A program made the position numbers and the translations under genes. The notes below the pieces were generated by a model. The model was not told the DNA's origin. It ran no database searches and saw only the letters and a list, made by a program, of their open reading frames with translations. A stretch of 64,000 nucleotides of DNA from Myxococcota bacterium (GTDB taxonomy: Bacteria; Myxococcota_A; UBA796; UBA2385). The stretch lies in NCBI GenBank assembly GCA_044344255.1, contig JBIJDH010000011.1:32001-96000 (forward strand), in the 5' to 3' direction. Positions 7,338-17,662 of this stretch are shown here, in pieces; the first letter of the stretch is position 1; each line of letters begins with the position of its first letter.

Positions 7338-10031
7338 TCAGCGTCGGCCGTCCGGGAGCCGGTAGAGGGTGACCTCCGGGCCGCGGAGCACCGGCGGGCC
7401 CAGCACCTCGTCTACACGCTGGCTCACCTGGAGCGCGGTCTGAACGTCCGGGTTGCCGCCATCGCTGCCGACGAGGGCGCGGAGCAGGCGATTGTTCACC
7501 GCCACATACCGGAACCCGCGGGAGCGGAGCTCCACCAGCGCATCGACGCTGCGGATCTGAGAGCTGCTGCTCCGGAAGAACGAGAGGGCGGGGTCGATGT
7601 CGAGGAGCTCGCGAAACTCTGTGAACGCGTGGAGCTGCCGCACGACGCCCGGCCCGCCGATGAGGGAGTCTCGCCCTCGCAGCGGCTCGTAGATCGCGAG
7701 CTGCTCGCTCCACCCGATCGGGAGCTCCGCGATCGCGCCGGGCTCCCCGATCTGTTCGAGCCAGCGGGGCGGGGAGAAGGTGAAGGTGCGGAGCGGCAGG
7801 TCGCCCGACCAGAGCCCGAGGCTGGGGGCCAGGAGCAGCGCCACGACCGGCACCGCCCCCCGCAGGGGCCGCGGAGATCGGCGCTGCAGCGGGCGCAGAC
7901 AGAGGCCGAGCAGCACGCTGCCCGCCACCGCGGCGAGGATCATCAGCCGATCCGGCGCGCCGAGCCGACCACCCAGAGGCAGGATCGCCTGCAGCACCGC
8001 TAACGGCGCGTGGTATCGCTCTCCCCCGAGCTCGATCACCGGCCCAAAGGAGAGCGCGGCGGCCACCCCCCCGATGAAGACCCACAGGCGACGACGCCCC
8101 TCCGGGAGAGCCAACCACAGCCCGAAGGGGAGCAACGCCGCGAGGCAGGCGAAGATCCCCGCCCCCACAACGCCATTGCCGCCGATGAAGGCCCGCATCG
8201 AGGTCGCCCCCTGCAGCTCGACCTCCGCCAGGAAGCCGTCGATCATGCTGGCCTGGTTCGTGGACGAGAGCGTGAGCCAGCCGATGCCGGGGATGTCCCC
8301 ACGATTGGCGCTCGCGACGAGCGGCCCCGCGAAGAGCGTCATCGGCACCAGGACCCGCGCCAACGCACCCCCAAAGTCGCGCAGCGCAGGGCGCTCATCG
8401 GGGACCTTCCGCCACCGATCGAGGCAGACGAAGCCGAGGATGAAGAAGACGAAGGCCCCGTAAAACCACCAGCTGAGGGCTGCGAAGGTGATCGCGAACC
8501 CGGCGAGGACCCCACCCCGGCGCCCACCCCTCTCCATCGCCCGGAGGCAGAGCCCGATCGCCACCGCCAGCGGAAAGGCGACGAACTGGATCTGGCTGCC
8601 GTCGGAGATCTCCCGCAAGACCGGCGGGGCCGCCGTGAAGGCCAACCCGGCCAGGAGGGCGCCGGTCTGATCGGCCCCCACCACCCGCGCCAACCAGCGC
8701 GCGGAGAGCCCGTTCAACACCAAGACGCAGATGACAAAGACGTTCCAGTATCCGGGGTATCCGAGCAGGCCTTGAAGCGGCGCAGCGAAGAAGGACGGGA
8801 GCAGGTTGCCGAACAGCGCGACGAGGTTCGCCCCCGAGGGCCAGAAGATTCGCGTGGTCTCGAGCAGCCCCCCGTCGCCCTTCATCCAGCCAAGCACCGC
8901 ATCGTTGGCCCAGAGGGACCCCGGCAGCGCGCCGCGACCATCCCCGAGGAGCAAGGGATCGCTCCCCTCCATCCGCAGGCCGGGCAGGCAGATCGCCACC
9001 GAGACGAGGAGCAGCGCCAGGACGCTGAGGCCGAGGCCGACCCGGCCCGACCAGCGGAGGCCGGCCGGAGAGTCGAGCACGGGGTCGCCGAGGTTCGCCA
9101 GCCACCACGCGAGGCCCCCCGACGCCGAACCTTGCGCCCGCAGCGCCTGACCGTCCCAGAGGAGCCGATGGGAGAGCTGGGCGGAGAGGCGCTGGCAAGC
9201 GGGCTCGCCGGAGATGAGCCGCTCCGCCGGCAGCGGCTCGACGACCACGACCTGCGCCCCGCAGCGCTCGAGGGGGCGACGACAGACCTCCAAGAAGCGG
9301 GCGATGCGCGCCTCGGGACGCTCCCCGACCGCCCAGCGTCCGAGCGCGTCCGCGCCCTCGATCACGATCAGGGGGGCGGCTCGGTCCACGGGGGCGGAGG
9401 GGAGGCGCTCCAGCCGGCGGGTGAGCTCAGCCTCCGTCCACGGCGCGGCCGGCTGGGCGTGGAGGGTCGGACGGCCCGCCCGCGCAGCGAATTGCAGGAG
9501 ATCCACCGTCGGCCATCGCTCTGCACCGCAGACCAGGGCAAAACCCTCCCGGGGCAGCGCGTGCGGCCAGCCCACCCGGTCGCTGCGCTCGCCGGCCCCG
9601 CCCTCCTGCCGGTCGGCCCCCTCCACCGCTTCGCCGAACCGGGGCACCGGGGCGGCGAGCCACGGGGCCGGGAGGGTCCAAGAGCCGACCAAGGCGGAGG
9701 CGAGGCGGAGCCCGCGGAGGCCGAGCACCACGACCACCGCGAGGAGCGAGAGCGCAGACACGGCGGGGTCGAGCAGGACCTCGGCGGGGCCGACGTAGTC
9801 GTAGAGATCGCCCCAGAGGAGATCGAAGACCAGCCCGCCGCCGACCACGAGCCCGATGGGGATCAGCCCGAGCCCGACCCGCACCACCCGCGACCTTCGG
9901 CTCCACCACCCACCCGCAGGCCGCGCCGCGGTCGCGGGGACCTCGGACGCCCCAGAGGCAGAGGCCCGCTCCGGGCCCGGAGGCCGGGGAGCCGAACGCT
10001 GGGGAGCGGGGCGATGAGGAGAGGAGGACAC
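7338..10031 (-). CDS. Large polytopic membrane protein, probable GT-C-type glycosyltransferase-like
   Basis: Many TM segments; IFWPSGANL, ALLAGLAFTAAP, APDRL, GAIAELP and a GFRYVAV tail, typical of YfhO/PMT-like membrane proteins. Start uncertain. Confidence 0.55.
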   Translation of the reverse strand: MSSSPHRPAPQRSAPRPPGPERASASGASEVPATAARPAGGWWSRRSRVVRVGLGLIPIGLVVGGGLVFDLLWGDLYDYVGPAEVLLDPAVSALSLLAVVVVLGLRGLRLASALVGSWTLPAPWLAAPVPRFGEAVEGADRQEGGAGERSDRVGWPHALPREGFALVCGAERWPTVDLLQFAARAGRPTLHAQPAAPWTEAELTRRLERLPSAPVDRAAPLIVIEGADALGRWAVGERPEARIARFLEVCRRPLERCGAQVVVVEPLPAERLISGEPACQRLSAQLSHRLLWDGQALRAQGSASGGLAWWLANLGDPVLDSPAGLRWSGRVGLGLSVLALLLVSVAICLPGLRMEGSDPLLLGDGRGALPGSLWANDAVLGWMKGDGGLLETTRIFWPSGANLVALFGNLLPSFFAAPLQGLLGYPGYWNVFVICVLVLNGLSARWLARVVGADQTGALLAGLAFTAAPPVLREISDGSQIQFVAFPLAVAIGLCLRAMERGGRRGGVLAGFAITFAALSWWFYGAFVFFILGFVCLDRWRKVPDERPALRDFGGALARVLVPMTLFAGPLVASANRGDIPGIGWLTLSSTNQASMIDGFLAEVELQGATSMRAFIGGNGVVGAGIFACLAALLPFGLWLALPEGRRRLWVFIGGVAAALSFGPVIELGGERYHAPLAVLQAILPLGGRLGAPDRLMILAAVAGSVLLGLCLRPLQRRSPRPLRGAVPVVALLLAPSLGLWSGDLPLRTFTFSPPRWLEQIGEPGAIAELPIGWSEQLAIYEPLRGRDSLIGGPGVVRQLHAFTEFRELLDIDPALSFFRSSSSQIRSVDALVELRSRGFRYVAVNNRLLRALVGSDGGNPDVQTALQVSQRVDEVLGPPVLRGPEVTLYRLPDGRR

Positions 10032-10325
10032 CGGAGAGGCACCCGCGGCGAGGTAGAAGGAGGGACCGCTCGCACCGCCCGCGGCCGATGGCCCAAAGGA
10101 TGGAGGGCCGCGGGCGAGGCCGCCCGCCGAGACCGGGTCGAGGCGGACCCGAGGTTAACGCCGCGGCTCCTCACCGGACAGCCCACGTCGGCTGTGCGGG
10201 CGAGCCGTCAACCGGATAACGTGGGCCGCCTGCCTGCCCTCCCGCGACCCTCGGACCATGGGGTCGGCCCGGCCGCAGCACCACCCCCAGGGTGCCGTGG
10301 GCCGTGATCCCCTCACCGGAGCTAC

Positions 10326-11801
10326 ATGATGCAGCCCGTGCGCATCCTCAGCCTGAGCCTCAGCCTCCTCTTCGCCGCCTGCGGCGATGACCCCGCCCCG
10401 ACCAAGGCGCCCGCCCTGTCGAAGGAGGCGGCCCCGTCGCTGACGAGCGCCTCTGCTTCGGCCACCGCTGCGGCCACCTCGTCCGCCTCGGCGCGCTCCT
10501 CCAAGGCGGTGGACCCCTGGACCGTTCTCACGTCGGTCGTGCAGACGCTTCAGGACAAGGAGATCACGGCGGCGGTGACAGAGACCCTCGAGGATCGCGG
10601 GTCGGCCCGCAAGGTGGAAGATCAACGGATCCGCAGGGCGATGCTCGACGTGGAGGGCCAGCTCGCCACGGGCTGCAGCGGCGCGGCCCTCGACGCCGCC
10701 TTTGCCACCCTCCAGGTCCGCGAGTCGGAGTCCCTCACCGCCGATCGCGCCGCCCTCCGCACCGTGCTCGAGAAGTCCACGGCGGAGGGCCGAAAGGCCA
10801 TCTGGGACGTCGCCTCGCCGGAGCAGGTCTTCGCCGCCTCGCGCAAGAAGATGGTCGACAACTCCAGCGCCAACCTGCCCTCTTGGGTAGCCTCCGAGTC
10901 GAACGAGGCCAAGGAGGCGACCGCCCGCCGCACCCTGCTCGGCCTCAAGTTCACGATCGAGGCGATGAGCCTCGACGCCGCCACCCGCGTGACCGAGCTC
11001 GAGGTCCTCGTCGCTGACCTTGACCCCGAAGACGACGCCACGCCCGCGGCGGTCGAGACGGCGCTCGCGCAGGTCGACCAGGCGCTGCTCGACGGCCAGA
11101 AGGTCAAGTTCCAGAAGCTGGTCCCCGCCTGCAGCAGCATCGACGAGAGCTTCTGGCTCTCGATGTTGGACCGCGGCAACGTCAGCGCCTTCATCGGCGT
11201 CATCGGCGGCACCTCGGGCATCGCCTCCCCCGAGTCGAAGACCAAGGCCTCCACCTCGGCGATGTCAGGCGGCCAATCGGGCACCTCGGGCGGCCAGGGC
11301 ATGCAGGGCGGCGGCCAGCAGGGCACCGGCCAGGGCATGCAGGGCGGCGGCCAGCAGGGCACCGGCCAAGGCATGCAGTCCGGTGGGCAGCAGGGCACCG
11401 GCCAGGGCATGCAGTCCGGCGGACAACAAGGTGGCGGACAGCAGGGTGGCGGCCAGCAGGGTGGCGGCCAGCAGAGCGGCGGCCAGCAGAGCGGCGGCGG
11501 CCAAGGCACGCAGAACGGCGGGCAGAAGACCGGCGGGCAAGGCATGCAAGGCGGCACGCAGGGCAGCCAGGGCGGTGGCCAGCAGAGCGGCGGCCAGGGC
11601 ATGCAGTCCGGCGGACAGCAGGGCGGCGGACAGCAAGGGAGCGGCCAGAAGACCGGCAGCCAAGGCATGCAGGGTGGTGGGCAGCAAGGCGGCGGGCAGA
11701 AGACCGGCAGCCAAGGCCAGCAGGGCGGCGGACAGCAGTCCGGCGGCCAGCAGGGCGGCGGCCAGCAGGGCGGCGGACAGCAGGGCGGCGGCCAGCGGTA
11801 G
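10326..11801 (+). CDS. Lipoprotein with helical domain and long Gly/Gln-rich low-complexity tail
   Basis: LLFAAC lipobox; codon usage fits a real gene; last ~175 aa are GQGMQ/GGGQQ repeats. Confidence 0.75.
   Translation: MMQPVRILSLSLSLLFAACGDDPAPTKAPALSKEAAPSLTSASASATAAATSSASARSSKAVDPWTVLTSVVQTLQDKEITAAVTETLEDRGSARKVEDQRIRRAMLDVEGQLATGCSGAALDAAFATLQVRESESLTADRAALRTVLEKSTAEGRKAIWDVASPEQVFAASRKKMVDNSSANLPSWVASESNEAKEATARRTLLGLKFTIEAMSLDAATRVTELEVLVADLDPEDDATPAAVETALAQVDQALLDGQKVKFQKLVPACSSIDESFWLSMLDRGNVSAFIGVIGGTSGIASPESKTKASTSAMSGGQSGTSGGQGMQGGGQQGTGQGMQGGGQQGTGQGMQSGGQQGTGQGMQSGGQQGGGQQGGGQQGGGQQSGGQQSGGGQGTQNGGQKTGGQGMQGGTQGSQGGGQQSGGQGMQSGGQQGGGQQGSGQKTGSQGMQGGGQQGGGQKTGSQGQQGGGQQSGGQQGGGQQGGGQQGGGQR
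11268..11798 (+). repeat. Degenerate 15/33-bp coding repeats (GGGQQ; GQGMQGGGQQGT-like)
   Basis: Read directly from the sequence and translation. Confidence 0.9.
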
Positions 11802-12017
11802 ACCGAAGTGATCGCGCCCGATCGCCCAACTGTGGCCGCGGTCAAGAATTCCATCAAAGGGGCTGGCCACCTCGCAGTTGTGTAGATTAAGATGAGCCAG
11901 TAGGGGTGAGTCCCCCATACCCCCCCAGGTTGTCGGTCCAGCGGTCACGAAGCTCGCAGGGACTATCCCTCCGAGATCCAGCTGCTCTCACGCCCCATAC
12001 TTCGCCAGGATGTCCCC

Positions 12018-13853
12018 ATGCGCACCACTCCTCTCAAGCTCCTGATCGCATTCTGCGCCGGTGCCCTCGCCGTGGCGTGTACCGGGGGCCTCCCGACCGA
12101 CAAGGGCGCTGGCGTCGGTGACACGGGCGCCAGCACCGACTGCACCGATGCGGACGGCGACGGCTACTGCGCGGGAGAGGACGACTGCGACGACTCCGAC
12201 GCCGCCATCAACCCGGGCGCCGCCGAGGTCTGCGACGGCGTAGACAACGACTGCGACGGTGAGTTCGACGAGGATGTGACGAACACCTACTACGCCGATG
12301 GAGACAACGACGGCTTCGGCGATTCGGCCGTCACGACGATGGCCTGTGAGCCGTCGGACGGCTGGGTCCCCGTTGACGGCGACTGTGCAGACGACGACTC
12401 CACCATCTTCCCAGACGCCGAAGAGCTCTGCGACGGCCTCGACAACGACTGTAACGACATCATCGACGACGGCCTCGGCTCCTCCACCTGGTACGCTGAC
12501 ACCGACGGTGACGGCTACGGTGACCCCGACGCCCCCGCCACCGCCTGCGAGCAGCCCGAAGGCTACGTCGGCAACACGCTCGACTGCAACGACGGCGACG
12601 TCGGTGAGCCCGTGCACGTGTCCAACACCGGCCCCATCCCCGGCGACGGCATCGAAGGCTGGGACACCAGCGACACCTGGGGCCCCTGGGACACCACCGA
12701 CACCGCCTCGGGCCCCGCCGGCAGCCGCGGCAACCCCTACACCACGGTGCAGGAAGGCATCAACAACTCCGAAGACTGCGTCTACGTCTACACGGGCTCC
12801 TACCCGGAGAACGTGGACTTCAACGGCAAGGACATCCTGGTGCTCGGCCTCAACGGCGCCGATGACACCTCGATCGTCGGCACCGGCACTGGCCCCACCG
12901 TCACCTTCGACGGCGGCGAGTCCAGCGGCGCCCAGCTCACCGGCTTCACCATCACCGGCGGTGGCGGCTCGGTCACCGAGACCACCTCCACCGAGGCCTG
13001 CGGCTCCGGGAACACCTGCACCGCGACCGCGACCACCTACAGCGGCGGCTGCGTCTACGTCGAGGGCTCTGCCCCCACCCTGAGCTGGCTGGTGATCTCT
13101 GCCTGTCGGCTCCCCGAGTACTCGATGAGCTCCGACGACGCGGGCAACACCACCTTGGTCTACTCCATGGGTGGTGGCGCGTACGTCCAGAACGGCGAGC
13201 CCTCCTTCACCGAGGTGGTCTTCCGGAAGAACGCAGCGGACGCGGGTGGTGGGCTCTACGTCGGATCGGGCAGCAATGTCACCGTGCTTCAGTCCCTCTT
13301 TGACGCCAACGTCGCCTCTTCGGGCGCTGGCGCCACGACCTCGGACTCCAGCACCACCTTCACCAACGTGATCTTCGCCAACAACGTCGCCTCCGGCACC
13401 GGCTCCAACACGGGTGGTGCGGCGGTGGATGTCTCGGGCGGTGTCTTCACCTCGAACTTTGTGACGGGTGTGGGCAACCAGGGGACGAGCTCGATCTACC
13501 TCTCCGACAGCGCGTCGGCGGCGGTGGTGAGCACCATCCTGATGGCGAACTCCGTCGGTTACCTGGTGGATGGTGACGCCACGGGCACGGTGAGCTTCTC
13601 CTACGGCGACATCTTTAACGCCGCGGGTCTCGGCAACGTGGGATCCGGCGTCACCGACCCCGATGGTTCGCTGGGCAACATCAGCTCCGACGCGATGTTC
13701 GTCGCCTTCACGGATGATAGCGACTACAGTGACGACAACCTGCACCTGACGGCCGGCAGCCCCGGTACCGACGCGGGCAGCCCCTCGGACACCGATGCCG
13801 ACGGCACCCCGGCGGACATGGGCGCTTACGGCGGTCCCAACGGCGGCTGGTAG
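12018..13853 (+). CDS. Lipoprotein with MopE-type putative metal-binding repeats and a right-handed beta-helix (pectin-lyase-like) domain
   Basis: LAVAC lipobox; DCDDSDAAINPGAAEVCDGVDNDCDG repeats; PYTTVQEGIN...GSYPENVDFNGK; C-terminal DADGTPADMGAYGGP. Confidence 0.8.
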   Translation: MRTTPLKLLIAFCAGALAVACTGGLPTDKGAGVGDTGASTDCTDADGDGYCAGEDDCDDSDAAINPGAAEVCDGVDNDCDGEFDEDVTNTYYADGDNDGFGDSAVTTMACEPSDGWVPVDGDCADDDSTIFPDAEELCDGLDNDCNDIIDDGLGSSTWYADTDGDGYGDPDAPATACEQPEGYVGNTLDCNDGDVGEPVHVSNTGPIPGDGIEGWDTSDTWGPWDTTDTASGPAGSRGNPYTTVQEGINNSEDCVYVYTGSYPENVDFNGKDILVLGLNGADDTSIVGTGTGPTVTFDGGESSGAQLTGFTITGGGGSVTETTSTEACGSGNTCTATATTYSGGCVYVEGSAPTLSWLVISACRLPEYSMSSDDAGNTTLVYSMGGGAYVQNGEPSFTEVVFRKNAADAGGGLYVGSGSNVTVLQSLFDANVASSGAGATTSDSSTTFTNVIFANNVASGTGSNTGGAAVDVSGGVFTSNFVTGVGNQGTSSIYLSDSASAAVVSTILMANSVGYLVDGDATGTVSFSYGDIFNAAGLGNVGSGVTDPDGSLGNISSDAMFVAFTDDSDYSDDNLHLTAGSPGTDAGSPSDTDADGTPADMGAYGGPNGGW

Positions 13854-13878
13854 TCCTCCGGTCTGCTGAGCCTCCCCG

Positions 13879-14703
13879 GTGAGACTCGCCCGAGCCCCAG
13901 GCGCCCGCGTCTGGGGTTTTGGCGTTTTGGGGCTGCTCGGGGGCTCGGCCCTGGCCGCACCGACTCCCTCTACCTTGCTCGAAACAACGGTGGAGGTGCG
14001 GGTCAACGACCAGCGCTCCAAGCGGCTGCTCGAGCCGTGGATCACCGTCGAGCTGGAGAGCGGCGAGACGGTCGCCGCCCGCGCCCTCGACGACGGGACA
14101 GACCCGGGCGACCGCTTCGCGAACGACCGCATCTACATCGCGCGCCTGCGCTTCACCGGCCCCGGGAAGGGCCGGCTCTACCTCACCAACGGCGAGAAGC
14201 AGGTGGGCACCGACCTCTGGCTCGCCTCCCGAGCCGTCGAGGCCGTGCGCGGGCGGGCGGTGGCGGTGGAGCTCGCCGATCCCGCGGGGAGCGTCACCGC
14301 GCTCGCCTCCAGGCGGGTCCGCGCCCCCCAAGAGCCGGGCCCGGGCGGCCCCGAGGGTGGGCAGCCCAGCGGGCCCCCGCCGGGTGGGGCGCCGGGTGGG
14401 GCGCCGGGTGGGGCGCCGGGCGGCGACGGGGACGCCGACTCCCCCGTCGCTCGCGAGGCCCTCATCCGGCCCTCCTTCGTCCCGCTCGCCGATTGGCCAT
14501 GGGCGTGGATCGGCGCCCTGATCGCGGGGCCCCTCGGCCTGGTGTGGGTCGATCGACGCCTTCAGCGCCTCGGGCGGCTCCTCGTCGGGCGGCTGCTTCG
14601 GCTCGGCGACCAGCTCCGTGGGATGGCGAACGCGCGTCGCCCCCGCCGGACACTCTCCGCGCCGGCCCGAGTCCCGTCGGGCGCCCGGCCCGATCCCCGA
14701 TGA
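13879..14703 (+). CDS. Exported protein with choice-of-anchor X-like motif and C-terminal TM
   Basis: LDDGTDPGDRFANDRIY motif; (PGGA)3 linker (12-bp repeat 14380-14415); TM WAWIGALIAGPLGLVWV. Start uncertain because it overlaps the upstream hairpin. Confidence 0.55.
   Translation: MRLARAPGARVWGFGVLGLLGGSALAAPTPSTLLETTVEVRVNDQRSKRLLEPWITVELESGETVAARALDDGTDPGDRFANDRIYIARLRFTGPGKGRLYLTNGEKQVGTDLWLASRAVEAVRGRAVAVELADPAGSVTALASRRVRAPQEPGPGGPEGGQPSGPPPGGAPGGAPGGAPGGDGDADSPVAREALIRPSFVPLADWPWAWIGALIAGPLGLVWVDRRLQRLGRLLVGRLLRLGDQLRGMANARRPRRTLSAPARVPSGARPDPR
13893..13920 (+). terminator. Probable intrinsic terminator after the 12018-13853 gene
   Basis: AGCCCCAGGCG / CGTCTGGGGTT stem followed by T-rich sequence. 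Confidence 0.55.
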
Positions 14704-15011
14704 GCGCCACGCCCTTGATGCGCTGGGGCTTCGTCTTCCTGGCCTGCCCCGCGCCGCTCTCCGAAGACCAGAAGCAGGCCTTGGTGCGCCTCGCCGCGCA
14801 GGCCTGGTTCTCCGACCAGAGCCCCCTCCGCTTCGACTGGTCGGAGTGCACGGGAGAGCTGCGGGCCTCCTCGGACACCGTCTCCCTCGGCAGCTTCGTC
14901 GGCCAGCGCTTCGAGGCCGACGTCCACGTGCCCACGGGCTCCTTTCAGGTCGCCTTCCTCGTCGCCGAGGCGCAGCTCCGCGCCGCCTCCGGGCCCGTCG
15001 CCGAGGCCTGA
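14700..15011 (+). CDS. Small hypothetical protein (103 aa)
   Basis: ATGA start/stop overlap with the previous gene; MSATPLMRWGFVFLACP...; GC3-rich codons. Confidence 0.6.
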   Translation: MSATPLMRWGFVFLACPAPLSEDQKQALVRLAAQAWFSDQSPLRFDWSECTGELRASSDTVSLGSFVGQRFEADVHVPTGSFQVAFLVAEAQLRAASGPVAEA

Positions 15012-15135
15012 TCCCCGGAAGGTCGGGCGCGTAGCGCGCTTCGCGGCACCGCGCAGGGTTGAACGCATCTCCGCATGGCGCGACCCTCGAGCGTGAGATA
15101 AAAGGGCCCCCTCAATCGCCCAGGAGGGCCCGGTC

Positions 15136-16332
15136 ATGTCCGATAACGCCGCTGGAAATGGTGCTGAGAAGGTCGATAAGCTCCTGTTCGAGATCCACGA
15201 GAGCCACCTGGACACTGGGCTCCGCGGCTTCCCGGTCAGCACGGTCTTCACCTCTGAGGTGAGCCCGCAAGACGGCCTCCACTACGTCGGCTACCCCATC
15301 GCCGACCTCGCGAACCTCGACCCCGAGGCCGCGGTCTTCCTCCTCTTCCACAAGCACCTCCCCTCGGCCGAGGAGCTCGCCACCTTCAAGGGCGAGCTCG
15401 TGCGGCGCGCGAAGGTCGATCCCCGCGTGATCGAGCTGCTGAAGGGCCTGCCGAAGGAGGGCCACCCGATGGAGTGGCTCATCAGCGGCCTCACCTTCCT
15501 CGGTATGCTCTGCAAGACGGGCAACTACCGCGAGGACGGCCTCAACGTCGTGGCGCAGATGCCCGAGGTGGTCGCCGCCATCTACCGCCTCCGCTCCGGC
15601 TGGGGCGAGCCCATCGAGAGCAAGCCCGAGCTCGGCCTGATGGAGAACTTCGTCCACATGATGGGCGTGCCGGGCGCCGATCCCGCCAAGCTCACCCGCC
15701 TCATGCGGGTCTTCTACGTGCTCCACATGGACCACGGCGGCGGCAACCTCTCCACCTTCGTCGGCAAGGCCGTGGCGTCGGGCAAGTCTGACACCTACGC
15801 CTCGCTCGGCGCCTCGATGGCCGGCCTCTACGGGCCGCTGCACGGTCGCGCCAACCAGGAGTGCCTCGAGTTCCTCGACCGCTGCGGCACCAACGACCCC
15901 GACGCCGTCGAGCAGTTCATCAAGGACGAGATGGCGGCCGGCCGCTCGATCTTCGGCTTCGGCCACGCCGTCCTCCGCGCGGAAGACCCGCGGGCCGGCG
16001 TCCAGTACAACCTCGGCGCCGAGATCTGCCCCGATGACTCGCTCTACCAGCGCGCCGTCATCATGCGCGAGCGGGCGGTCAAGGTGCTCAAGGCCAACCC
16101 GAAGGTCAAGAACCCCTACCCCAACGTCGACGCCGTCTCCGGCTCGCTCCTCCGCGCCACCGGCCTGCTCGACGCCGAGTACTACACGGTGCTCTTCGGC
16201 CTGTCCCGCTGCTCCGGCATCTCGGCGCAGATCGTAGACGAGCGCCTCGTGCACCGCGCCGGCAAGGGCGTGGCCATCTACCGGCCCGACGACATCCCCG
16301 TGAACCAGCCCCGGCGTCGCCTCCTCTCCTGA
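15136..16332 (+). CDS. gltA: Citrate synthase
   Basis: LDTGLRGFP, LHMDHGGGNLST, GLYGPLHGRANQE, GFGHAVLR, YPNVD. Confidence 0.9.
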   Translation: MSDNAAGNGAEKVDKLLFEIHESHLDTGLRGFPVSTVFTSEVSPQDGLHYVGYPIADLANLDPEAAVFLLFHKHLPSAEELATFKGELVRRAKVDPRVIELLKGLPKEGHPMEWLISGLTFLGMLCKTGNYREDGLNVVAQMPEVVAAIYRLRSGWGEPIESKPELGLMENFVHMMGVPGADPAKLTRLMRVFYVLHMDHGGGNLSTFVGKAVASGKSDTYASLGASMAGLYGPLHGRANQECLEFLDRCGTNDPDAVEQFIKDEMAAGRSIFGFGHAVLRAEDPRAGVQYNLGAEICPDDSLYQRAVIMRERAVKVLKANPKVKNPYPNVDAVSGSLLRATGLLDAEYYTVLFGLSRCSGISAQIVDERLVHRAGKGVAIYRPDDIPVNQPRRRLLS

Positions 16333-16357
16333 CGAGCGCCACCGAGGTCCATGATCC

Positions 16358-16392
16358 ATCGGGGCTTCGTTTCGCGAGGCCCCGATTCTTTT
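16358..16392 (+). terminator. Intrinsic terminator or attenuator between gltA and sucC
   Basis: ATCGGGGCTTCG / CGAGGCCCCGAT stem followed by TCTTTT. Confidence 0.65.
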
Positions 16393-16420
16393 CAGCGTCA
16401 CCGTTCAGGCGGAGGATTCG

Positions 16421-17653
16421 ATGAAGCTTCATGAATACCAGGCGAAGGACCTCCTTCGCCGATACGGGGTCACCGTCCCTCCCGGGAAGGCGGCCACGAC
16501 CATCGAGGCCGCGGTGGAGGCCGCCGCCGAGATGGGCGGCAACTTCTGGGTCGTCAAGGCCCAGGTGCACGCGGGGGGCCGCGGCAAGGGGCGCTTCAAG
16601 GAGGTCTCCTCCGAAGAGGTGCTCAACGCCGTGATCGCCGGCGAGGCCAAGGTGCCTGGCAAGGGCGGCGTCCAGCTCTGTAAGAGCCTCGACGACGTGC
16701 GCGCCGCCGCCACCACCATGCTCGGAAACACCCTCGTCACCAAGCAGACCGGCCTCGAGGGCGTGAAGGTGAAGACCATCTTCATCACCACCGGCGCCGA
16801 CATCGACCGCGAGATCTACGCGGCCCTCCTGCTCGACCGGCAGAAGTCCCGCATCGTGCTGATGGTCTCTTCGGAGGGTGGCACCGAGATCGAGGAGGTC
16901 GTCGCTCACAACCCCGACGCCATCCACAAGGTCTGGGCTGACCCCGTCACCGGCCTCGGCGGCTGGCAGGCGCGCGAGATCGCCTTCAAGCTCGGCCTCT
17001 CCGGGCGGGCCTTCAAGGAGGGCGTGGTCCTCTTCCAGAAGCTGTACGAGGCCTACCTCGGCACCGACGCCACCATGCTCGAGATCAACCCCCTCATCGT
17101 CACCCCCGACGGTGGTGTGGTGGCCCTCGACGCCAAGATGGAGATCGACGACAACGCCGCCTTCCGCCAGAAGGAGATCGTCTCCTGGTACGACTCCGGC
17201 GAGGATGACCCCGCCGAGGTCGAGGCCACCGCCTCGAACTTGAACTTCGTGAAGCTCGATGGCTCCATCGGCTGCATGGTCAACGGGGCCGGCCTCGCGA
17301 TGGCCACCATGGACATCATCAAGTTCTACGGCGGTGAGCCGGCGAACTTCCTCGATGTGGGCGGCGGCGCCAACAAGAACCAGGTCAAGGCCGCCTTCGG
17401 GATCATCTCGAAGGACCCGGCCGTGAAGTGCATCCTCGTCAACATCTTCGGCGGCATCATGAAGTGTGATGTCATCGCCGAGGGCATCATCGCGGCGGTC
17501 GGTGAGATCGGGCTCAAGCTCCCGCTCGTCGTCCGCCTCGAAGGCACGAACGTCGAGCTCGGCAAGAAGATGCTCGCCGAGAGCGGCCTCGCCATCATCC
17601 CCGCCGACTCGATGGCGGACGCGGCTGCGAAAGCCGTGGCTGCGGTCCAGTAG
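16421..17653 (+). CDS. sucC: Succinyl-CoA synthetase beta subunit
   Basis: [52 protein letters not shown]. Confidence 0.97.
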   Translation: MKLHEYQAKDLLRRYGVTVPPGKAATTIEAAVEAAAEMGGNFWVVKAQVHAGGRGKGRFKEVSSEEVLNAVIAGEAKVPGKGGVQLCKSLDDVRAAATTMLGNTLVTKQTGLEGVKVKTIFITTGADIDREIYAALLLDRQKSRIVLMVSSEGGTEIEEVVAHNPDAIHKVWADPVTGLGGWQAREIAFKLGLSGRAFKEGVVLFQKLYEAYLGTDATMLEINPLIVTPDGGVVALDAKMEIDDNAAFRQKEIVSWYDSGEDDPAEVEATASNLNFVKLDGSIGCMVNGAGLAMATMDIIKFYGGEPANFLDVGGGANKNQVKAAFGIISKDPAVKCILVNIFGGIMKCDVIAEGIIAAVGEIGLKLPLVVRLEGTNVELGKKMLAESGLAIIPADSMADAAAKAVAAVQ

Positions 17654-17662
17654 GAGGACACC

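Noticed and set aside
10622..11857. Cys/Pro/Trp-rich minus-strand ORF resembling a keratin-associated or metallothionein protein
   Set aside because: It is the antisense reading of the Gly/Gln repeat; the plus-strand gene has a lipobox and RBS.
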